Positions 52,957 through 62,100 of a DNA stretch of 64,000 bases are shown piece by piece; position 1 is the stretch's first letter, and every line of letters starts with the position of its first letter. Under the pieces are notes generated by a model that worked only from the letters and a program-made list of their open reading frames with translations, made no database searches and had not been told where the DNA came from. The DNA comes from Azolla caroliniana (Eukaryota; Plantae; Polypodiophyta). Position numbers and translations under genes: made by a program. Where the stretch lies: NCBI GenBank assembly GCA_043228905.1, contig JBHGNT010000061.1:62001-126000 (forward strand). The letters run 5' to 3'.

Positions 52957-55660
52957 TTGTGGCTCGGGCCCGGAAGGTAAACACGTTGTACCTGATGAAT
53001 GCCCGGTTATGTCCGGAGGAAGTGAATGTGGCATCCGACACTGCCTGTGAGTTGTGGCACAAAAGGTTGTGTCACATGAGCGAGAAGGGGATGAAGAGGC
53101 TTGCAGATAACAACCTCAATCCAGTGAAGAATGTGCACTTGGAGAAGTGCACTGATTGTTTGGCCGGTAAACAAAACAGGACCTCCTTCCGATCAAGGCC
53201 ACCGATGAGACGTAATGCGCCACTGGAGTTGGTGCATACAGATGTGTGTCAAGTGGACACGAAGTCACATGTCGGAACACAGTACTTCGTGACGTTCATA
53301 GATGACCACAGTCGGAAGCTGTGGGCCACACCGTTGAAGACGAAGGATCAGGTGTTATCCGTCTTCAAAGAGCTCCACGCGAGAGTGGAAAGAGAAACCG
53401 GTCGGGAGCTGAAGGCGGTTCGAGCAGATAACGGAGGAGAATACCGGGGGCAATTCGAGGAGTACTGCCACTCGAAGGGAATCCGGCTTGAATTTACCGT
53501 GCCGAAGACGTTGGAACTAAACGGGCTGGCCGAGAGGATGAACCGGACCATAATGGAGAGGGTCCGGAGTATGCTAGCGCATGCAAAACTACCCAAGAAG
53601 TTTTGGGCTGAGGCACTATCGACGGCGACATACGTGATAAACAGATCACCCTCAGTACCCTTGGATGGAGACGCACCGCAGAGAGTATGGACTGGTAAGG
53701 AAGTGTCCTATCGGCATTTGAAGGTGTTCGGGTGTCTCGCATACGTGCATGTAGCTAAGGACCGGAGAGGAAAGTTAGATCCAAAGACCCGGCCGTGCAT
53801 ATTCCTCGGTTACGACGACAATGAGTTCGGCTACCGAGTGTGGGACCCGGTCGACAAGAAGGTATTCCGGAGTTGAGATATTATCTTTATGGAGGACATG
53901 ACGCTCGCCGACTAGGAGTCGGAGAAGAAGATAATGAACTCCGAGTCGACCGGTAAGGATCGACTCTACGATGAGCAGACCCAACCGGCAAGAGACCGGT
54001 TAGCACTCGAGGGACCAACCGGTTACGGTGAGGATACCGAACAGGCCCGAAGACGGAGATATCCTCTCAGAGAGAGTAGGGCGCCACGGAGATTTCCGGA
54101 TGCAGAGCATGTTCTACTGACCGATGAGGGGGAGCCGGAAAGCTTCGAAGAAGCGAAGGATGACACCCACAACCGAAAATGGTTAAGTGCAATGCAGGAT
54201 GAGATGGATTCCCTGCATGAGAACCATACGTACGAATTGGTGGAGTTGCCGAAAGGAAAGTGGGCACTCCGAAACAAGTGGGTGTACAAGTTGAAACCGG
54301 GAGATCCCGGCAACCCCCCGAGATACAAAGCCAGGATCGTGGTGAAGGGGTTCCAGCAGAAAAAGGGCGTGGACTTTGACAAGATATTTGCCCCAGTAGT
54401 AAAGATGACCTCCATTCGAACGGTGCTGAGTATAGCGGCAAGCATGGACCTCGAGGTAGAACATCTAGACATGAAGACGACATTCCTTCACGGCGACCGG
54501 ATGGATTTTGGAGAAAGGGAAGGAGCACCTGGTATGCCGGCTGAAGAAGAGCCTGTACGGACTAAAGCAGGCTCCCCGACAATGGTACCGGAAGTTCGAT
54601 TCCTTCATGACCGATCAAGGGTACCACAAGACGCAGGCCGATCACTGCATGTTTGTGAAGAAGTTCGAAGGAGGCGACTTCCTGATACTCCTTCTATACG
54701 TGGACGACATGTTGATCGTCGGACATGTTGATCGTCGGATGTTGAAGAAGGCTCTCAACCGGACCTTCTCAATGAAAGACTTGGGTTTGGCAAGACAGAT
54801 GCTGGGGATGCATATTATTCGGAACCGGTCAATGAAGCAATTGTGGCTGTCACAGGAGAAGTACGTGACAAAGGTGCTTCAGCGGTTAAACATGTCGGAT
54901 GCGAAACCGGTCGGATCGACACTTCCGGCAAACTGCAGGCTATCCGGTAAGCAAAGCCCGAAGACGAAAGCAGAGAAGGCGGAGATGATGAAGGTCCCAT
55001 ATGCCTCTGCCGTCGAGAGCTTGATGTACGCAATGGTGTGTACCCGTCCGGATATAGGATACGTAGTCGGAGTGGTGAGCCGGTTTATGAGCAATCCCGG
55101 CAAGGAGCACTGGAACGCGGTCAAATGGATACTCTGGTATTTGAAGGTCACTTCAAATATGTGTCTCCCATTCGGCTCCGGAAAACCTCAACTTGACGGT
55201 TTCCCCGATTCGGACATGTCGGCTGATGTGGATACCAGCCGGTCTACATCCGGGTATGTCATGACATATGCAGGGGGAGTTGTTTCGTGGCAGTCGAGGC
55301 TGCAGAAGACGGTTGCATTGTCAACCACGGAGGCGGAGTACATGGCAGCTGTGGAAGCTGGCAAGGAAATATTATGGATGAAGGACTTCATCGGAGAGCT
55401 CGGTATCCGGCAAGATGAATACCGGCTCTATTGCGACAATCAAAGTGCCATCCACCTTGCTAAGAATGCGGCCTACCATTCCCGGACGAAGCATATCCAG
55501 CGAAGATATCACTGGATCCGGGAAAGAGTAGATGACCAGGAGTTCGCACTGACGAAAATCCACACAGCCGAGAACGGGTCAGATATGCTGACCTACCTGA
55601 CAAGTTGGATGCATGCCGGAAGAGGATCGGACTAGTAAGACACCCCATGTCGGAGTGAAG
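52957..55660 (+). pseudogene. pol: Disrupted copia pol (pre-integrase/integrase, RT, RNase H)
   Basis: LWHKRLCHMSEKG, CxxC, LELVHTDV, FIDDHSRK, DNGGEY, NGLAERMNRT, YKARIVVKGF, YVDD, STTEAEY and RTKHIQRRYHW are spread over ORFs 52815-53876, 53934-54731 and 54508-55635. There is a stop at 53874, a second TAG near 53913, and a deletion with frameshift near 54495-54510. Confidence 0.92.
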
Positions 55661-55668
55661 GGGGAGTT

Positions 55669-56269
55669 TGTTGGAAGACAGGTCCCTCCAGATGGGAAGG
55701 GAGAAGAACAATGTTGATGAACAAACTCGGTCTAGGCCGAATCCAGATGAGGAGTACCCGGCTACGGAGAGCCGGATGGTGCAGACCCGGTGAGGAGTGC
55801 TCACCGAATGAAAAGACATATTCGTAAATATGTTTCGTAGAGTCCATCATGGCTATATTTGTAAATAGCCGAAAAGTCATATTAGTATAAATATGACTTA
55901 GGGCAAACTTTTAGATGTTGTTGTTATTCTTGTTGGTGGAAGAAGCGAGAGCGTGTAACAGTGTACAGAGAGTGAGAGAGAGAGGTAGAGGTCGTTGCCT
56001 CTGCTGTAACTGCCGCCTGTGGCGAAAGTCGTGAGTGCGAGGTCGTTGCCTCCGTGAGCTCACTGTTGTAATCATTGTGATATAGTGATAGTTTGGAGTC
56101 TGTGGACTTTCGTGGTTTTTCCCTCTCAGGGTTTTCCACTTTAAACATCCTGTGTACCTTTTTTTTCTCTCCTTTGTGTCGTGTCTTTCGTTTCCCGTTT
56201 TCTGTGTATGAGTCTAAGCTCGGTTGTGGACGAGCGTTGCGTATAGGGAGCGTGCAGTTCCTATCAACA
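55669..56269 (+). repeat. 3' LTR of Copia-2 (601 bp)
   Basis: Starts TGTTG two bases after the PPT and ends CAACA (perfect 5-bp inverted repeat). It has TATAAAT near 55886 followed by GA-rich and T-rich stretches. Confidence 0.87.
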
Positions 56270-56739
56270 TGAGAGCTACTCTAAATCGAGGCAACATAGC
56301 CGTCGGAAGTAGTTAGACTCGGAGCCCACTAGATTCGCCTTCGCCGATTTATTTTAGCCCCTTTGGTTGATTTATAACCGATTCTTGTAATAACCACCGA
56401 AATCGTGGTGTCAAGCCTAACAATTGTAAAAAATATATAAACAAAAACCCTAATTTATATCAAAACTTACGTATATTTTCTCCGTGTCTTTGTCATAATC
56501 TCCCACTTCCTCACCCCTTGTGTCTCCCTAGTCCAAGGCCCCGGCGGTCCTGTTCGAGCGACACATGCACGCGAAACTCCACGATAGCATCTAGTCTCAC
56601 ACAACTATGGTGCCGCTTACTCATGCGCTCTCATGTCTCTCTCTATTTCATGCTCTATCATTATGTTCTATGCTACACATTATGTTTTTCCCTAGGTGTA
56701 TACATACCAATACACATTATGGGATATTTACAAATATGA

Positions 56740-56795
56740 TTGTTGTTGTTGTTGTTGGTATTATTATTATTATTATTATTACTACTACTACCACT
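56740..56795. repeat. Compound trinucleotide microsatellite (TTG)n-(TTA)n-(CTA)n
   Basis: TTGTTGTTGTTGTTGTTG GTA TTATTATTATTATTATTATTA CTACTACTA CCA, read directly. Confidence 0.95.
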
Positions 56796-56798
56796 CTC

Positions 56799-57460
56799 TG
56801 TTAATTAGCCAACTCCAATGTCGGCTTTCCAATCAGCCTGACTAGTCGACTCCCATGTCGGCTATCCAGTTGACCCGATTAGTCAACTCCATTGTCAACC
56901 ATCTGGTCAGCCCGACTAGTCGGCTAGGTTGTCTTTGACTTGGACCATTTGTCCAATACTGTCAACTCGTTGGTCGATCCAATCCACAATCCTGTATTCG
57001 GCTTGTCAATCCGACTATTGACTTCGACTATCGACTTCTCCCATATGAGGGACATTTTCCTAACAAACTCCCCCTTCACTCCTATGGGGAGGAGTCTATC
57101 ATTCCAGTCTTCTGTCGACGAGCTCTAAGTCTGTCCATAGGTAGGTTCTTCGTGAGCATGTTGGATCCATTATCATCAACATGGATCTTCACGAGGGTAA
57201 ACTCTCCATCATCCACTTTCTCTCGCAACCAATGATACCTTCTTTGTATGTGTTTGATCCGAGAATGGTAAGCAATGTTCTTGGCTAGATGTATGGCACT
57301 CTGACTGTCACAATGAAGTAAGAACCTCTTTGCTTCATTCCCAACTCATTGAGAAAATTTCTCATCCATATCAGTTCCTTGCCGGCCTCTACCGCGACCA
57401 TATACTCTGCTTCTGTGGTTCACAAGGCCGCAGACTTCTATAGTCTTAACTGCCATGACA
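56799..57460 (-). mobile_element. Inverted Ty1/copia fragment (Copia-3): degenerate RNase H, PPT and 3' LTR or LTR part, related to Copia-2
   Basis: The minus strand of ~57460-57120 translates, with stops and a frameshift, as SWQLRL*KSAAL*TTEAEYMVAVEAGKELIWMRNFL...CDSQSAIHLAKNIAYHSRIKHIQRRYHWLREKV...NMLTK. PPT GAAGGGGGAG (57077-57068) is followed by TT|TGTTA at 57065, the same arrangement as Copia-2. The LTR end at 56799 (TGTTA...TAACA) is tentative. Confidence 0.85.
56806..56924. repeat. 37-bp minisatellite, ~3.2 diverged copies, within the Copia-3 LTR region
   Basis: Units resembling TAGTCGACTCCCATGTCGGCTATCCAGTTGACCCGAT start at 56806, 56843, 56880 and 56917. Confidence 0.82.
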
Positions 57461-57781
57461 TCCGAATGGGAAGTGAAGCTCGAATCGAGGAAAAGGGGAG
57501 AATTGATTCCATGGAGTTGATGAGTATTTCGGCTGAAATCGAAAACCAAAATTGAGAATTGATTATATAACCGATTCGGGAGGCTATATTTGTAAATAGT
57601 CTGTGTTGAGAATCGAACTCAACTTCCCATAGGGACAGTGTTCACATTAGTCAGTGGGCAACTTACTAGGATAGATTTGTAATTAATAGAAATGGCATTT
57701 GCCCTAGAATAGTTGGTATTTAAACCAACCTTTTGTAACTGAGTAACTGTTGGATGTATTATACACTTTTTTGGTTTAGAG

Positions 57782-57794
57782 CTCTCTCTCTCTC

Positions 57795-57873
<79 letters not shown>
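57782..57873. repeat. (CT)~46 microsatellite inside the Copia-4 LTR
   Basis: A pure CT run with one CA interruption near 57796. Confidence 0.97.
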
Positions 57874-57879
<6 letters not shown>

Positions 57880-57907
57880 GCACCACCCACAACTCTCATT
57901 CTTTACA

Positions 57908-57919
57908 TGGTATCAGAGC
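57908..57919 (+). other. Primer binding site complementary to the 3' end of initiator tRNA-Met
   Basis: TGGTATCAGAGC directly after the LTR-terminal CA, the canonical plant tRNAi-Met PBS. Confidence 0.95.
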
Positions 57920-58059
57920 GCAAGGTACCTTGATCCAAGCCAATATCCTTTACGTGTGTTGTGCTCAAGCTTGTATTCAGAGAGAACCGACTGATCGTTG
58001 TAGCAACGATCTGCACAATTCGCATCAAGAGTAGAAGAAGTTCAATAATCAACACTCAG

Positions 58060-59123
58060 ATGAGAAGCGCTCTTCCCACCGAGAAGCTCGATAGAACAAA
58101 CTTCGCATCTTGGGAGTACAAGATGCATCAGTATCTTGTCAGACAAGGTTACCAGAGCTACATCGAGAGAGCTCACAAAACGCAACCCAACCCGACACAC
58201 ACCGACTACCTAGCGTGGGAGCAGGCCGCAAGCCGTGTGTTATACTACCTTTCATCATGCGTTCATGACCACATGCTAGGCTATATTTGAGATTCGAAAA
58301 CACCGAAAGAAACTTGGGGAAACCTCAAAAAGATTTTTGCGGCCAATATGGTTGCACGAAAGCTCCACCCTCGACAGGAGCTAAACAACATGCAATAGAG
58401 GGATATGTCGATCACCGGCTATACCTTGAAGATCAAGGAGCTGTATGATGCCCTCGGATCGATCAATGTCATCATCAATGATGACGAAATGGTGCAAATA
58501 TGCCTCAGCGGCTTACCACCACGATTCGGCATGATCAGATCGGCCATTCTCACAAGGGAGAACCCACCTTCCTTTTTCGACCTTCAATCGATATTATTGG
58601 TGGAAGAAAGCCATGCCCAACAAAGGAGCAATGCATCTGATGGTCAGATGCTCTACTCTCAGTTGGATGATAGAAGAGGATTCAACCATGGAAAAAGAGG
58701 TCGATTCGGAAGAGGTCGACATGGTCGGCCGACTCAAGAGCGTAACTCCCACCAATGGCAAGAGGACAGGAATAGTCCCAGAGAGTTCAGCAAAAGAGGG
58801 AGCCATCCTGCCAGACAAAGCAATCATAACAACCTAATTAAATGCGGGTATTGTGGAAAACTCGGTCACTATGAAGAGGAGTGCCGAAAAAAGATACGAG
58901 ACTCGGCTTCGACTAGCCGACAACTCACTAACTACGCATCAAATTCAGACTACGATGATCGAGGCGGAATGTTTATGATGAGGCACAATGCACATTCGAT
59001 GTCGACACAACCTTTGACTAGCACCTCTTCTTCAGACAATGTATGGTTTGTCGATTTGGGAGCATCCAATCATATGATGTCCCATGAGGACTGGTTCCGA
59101 GAACTACGAAAGCCCGATCGGCC
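58060..59123 (+). pseudogene. gag: Disrupted copia gag-protease
   Basis: ATG at 58060 begins MRSALPTEKLDRTNFASWEYKM. In-frame stops occur at 58288 (TGA) and 58396 (TAG). The same frame continues with the CCHC knuckle CGYCGKLGHYEEEC (58843-58884) and WFVDLGASNHM (canonical DSG altered). Confidence 0.92.
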
Positions 59124-62100
59124 TTCAAAATCTTGATTTTTTAATTCCATATCATACCTAGCGTTGTTAGCTTCGATTCGAATGTTTGAACACAAAAATC
59201 CGATATCACACGAGCCAGGTATGAACATTTTAATTTACTCAAGGGCTCCTGTCAACTCACTCCTCAAATTTGGTAATTTTATCATGTCTCTCGCTCTGAA
59301 TTTCAAAATCTTGATTTTCTAATTCCTTATCATAGCTAGCGTTCGATTCGCATGTTTGAACACAAAAATCCGATATCACACGAGCCAGATATGAGTATTT
59401 ACATTTACCTACAAGCTCTTCTCAACTCACTCCTCAAATTTGGTAATTTCGTCATGTCTCTCGACCTGAGTTTCAAAATCTTGATTTTTTAATTCCATAT
59501 CATACCTTGCGTTGTTAGCTTCGATTCGCATGTTTGAACACAAAAATCCGATATCACACGAGCCAGGTATGAACATTTTAATTTACTCAAGGGCTCCTCT
59601 CAACTCACTCCTCAAATTTGGTAATTTCATCATGTCTCTCGACCTGAGTTTCAAAATCTTGATTTTTTAATTCTATATCATAGCTAGCGTTGTTAGCTTC
59701 GATTTGCATGTTTGAACACAAAAATCCGATATCACACGAGCCAGATATGAACATTTACATTTACCTACAAGCTCTTCTCAACTCACTCCTCAAATTTGGT
59801 AATTTCGTCATGTCTCTCGACCTGAGTTTCAAAATCTTGATTTTTTAATTCCATATCATACCTAGCGTTGTTAGCTTCGATTCGCATGTTTGAACACAAA
59901 AATCCGATATCACACGAGCCAGGTATGAACATTTTAATTTACTCAAGGGCTCCTGTCAACTCACTCCTCAAATTTGGTAATTTCATCATGTCTCTCGACC
60001 TGAGTTTCAAAATCTTGATTTTTTAATTCCATATCACAGCTAGCGTTGTTAGCTTCGATTCACATGTTTGAACACAAAAATCCGATATTACACGAGCCAG
60101 GTATGAACATTTTAATTTACTCAAGCGCTCCTCTCAGCTCACTCCTCAAATTTGGTAATTTTATCATGTCTCTCGCTCTGAATTTCAAAATCTTGATTTT
60201 CTAATTCCATATCATAGCTAGCGTTGTTAGCTTCGATTCGCATGTTTGAACACAAAAATCCGATATCACACGAGCCAGATATGAACATTTTCATTTACCT
60301 ACAAGCTCTTCTCAACTCACTCCTCAAATTTGGTAATTTCGTCATGTCTCTCGACCTGAGTTTCAAAATCTTGATTTTTTAATTCCATATCATACCTAGC
60401 GTTGTTAGCTTCGATTCGAATGTTTGAACACAAAAATCCGATATCACACGAGCCAGGTATGAACATTTTAATTGACTCAAGGGCTCCTGTCAACTCACTC
60501 CTCAAATTTGGTAATTTCATCATGTCTCTCGACCTGAGTTTCAAAATCTTGATTTTTTCATTCCATATCATAGCTAGCGTTGTTAGCTTCGATTCGCATG
60601 TTTGAACACAAAAATCCGATATCACACGAGCCAGGTATGAACATTTTAATTTACTCAAGGGCTCCTGTCAACTCACTCCTAAAATTTGGTAATTTCATCA
60701 TGTCTCTCGACCTGAGTTTCAAAATCTTGATTTTTTAATTCCCTATCATAGCTATCGTTGTTAGCTTCGATTCACAATTTTGAACACAAAAATTCGATAT
60801 TATACGAACCAGGTATGAACATTTTAATTGACTCAAGGGCTCCTGTCAACTCACTCCTCAAATTTGGTAATTTCATCATGTCTCTCGCCCTGAGTTTCAA
60901 AATCTTGATTTTCTAATTCCATATCATAGCTAGCGTTGTTAGCTTCGATTCGCATGTTTGAACACAAAAATCCGATATCACACGAGCCAGATATGAGTAT
61001 TTACATTTACCTACAAGCTCTTCTCAACTCACTCCTCAAATTTGGTAATTTCGTCATGTCTCTCGACCTGAGTTTCAAAATCTTGATTTTTTAATTCCAT
61101 ATCATAGCTAGCGTTGTTAGCTTCGATTCGCATGTTTGAACACAAAAATCCGATATCACACGAGCCAGGTATGAACATTTTAATTTACTCAAGGGCTCCT
61201 CTCAACTCACTCCTCAAATTTGGTAATTTCATCATGTCTCTTGACCTGAGTTTTAAAATCTTTATTTTTTAATTCTATATCATAGCTAGCGTTGTTAGCT
61301 TCGATTTGCATGTTTGAACACAAAAATCCGATATCACACGAGCCAGGTATGAACATTTTAATTTACTCAAGGGCTCCTGTCAACTCACTCCTCAAATTTG
61401 GTAATTTCATCATGTCTCTCGACCTGAGTTTCAAAATCTTGATTTTTTAATTCCCTATCATAGCTATCGTTGTTAGCTTCGATTCACAATTTTGAACACA
61501 AAAATTCGATATTATACGAACCAGGTATGAACATTTTAATTGACTCAAGGGCTCCTGTCAACTCACTCCTCAAATTTGGTAATTTCATCATGTCTCTCGC
61601 CCTGAGTTTCAAAATCTTGATTTTCTAATTCCATATCATAGCTAGCGTTGTTAGCTTCGATTCGCATGTTTGAACACAAAAATCCGATATCACACGAGCC
61701 AGATATGAGTATTTACATTTACCTACAAACTCTTCTCAACTCACTCCTCAAATTTGGTAATTTCGTCATGTCTCTCGACCTGAGTTTCAAAATCTTGATT
61801 TTTTAATTCCATATCATACCTTGCGTTGTTAGCTTCGATTCGCATGTTTGAACACAAAAATCCGATATCACACGAGCCAGATATGAGTATTTACATTTAC
61901 CTACAAGCTCTTCTCAACTCACTCCTCAAATTTGGTAATTTCGTCATGTCTCTCGACCTGAGTTTCAAAATCTTGATTTTTTAATTCCATATCATACCTT
62001 GCGTTGTTAGCTTCGATTCGCATGTTCGAACACAAAAATCCGATATCACACGAGCCAGGTATGAACATTTTAATTTACTCAAGGGCTCCTGTCAACTCAC

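Larger units (their letters stand above)
52957..56269 (+). mobile_element. 5'-truncated, degenerate Ty1/copia element (Copia-2), Tnt1/Tork-like: integrase, RT, RNase H, PPT and 3' LTR
   Basis: Copia domain order INT-RT-RH. PPT GAAGGGGGAG at 55657-55666 and an LTR bounded by TGTTG...CAACA. The lineage call rests on remembered Tnt1-like motifs (HMSEKGM, VVKMTSIR, SWQSRLQK). Confidence 0.92.
57591..59123 (+). mobile_element. 3'-truncated Ty1/copia element (Copia-4): 5' LTR, PBS, gag and protease
   Basis: LTR end TTTACA (57907) abuts the PBS, followed by gag, a zinc knuckle and a protease motif. It is cut at 59123 by minus-strand satellite. The LTR start is ambiguous: TGTAAA at 57591 or TGTTGAG at 57604. 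Confidence 0.9.

Noticed and set aside
56440-56455. Interstitial telomere at the strand switch
   Set aside because: Only a single AAACCCTAA is present, with no tandem telomeric repeats.
52865-58837. Numerous short alternative-frame and antisense ORFs in the TE island, including the VVVVV/IIIII/TTTTT ORF at 56607
   Set aside because: They are shadows of GC-rich pol, LTR or microsatellite sequence. Only the RNase H and gag remnants have family motifs.
52598-59123. One intact or circularly permuted retrotransposon made of Copia-2 pol plus Copia-4 gag
   Set aside because: The LTRs differ, an inverted third fragment lies between them, and no TSD pairs them.
52594-59127. Both arrays end in TGAA at the island, suggesting site-specific recombination
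   Set aside because: TGAA occurs several times per monomer and the two breaks are at different monomer positions. A 4-bp match is uninformative.
5992-60658. Small ORFs such as MSKLKCSYLARV... and [11 protein letters not shown]... (5992, 8874, 10423, 30921-31355, 35194-35628, 60317, 60402)
   Set aside because: These are chance translations of satellite monomers that lost a stop codon. Most monomers are closed in these frames.
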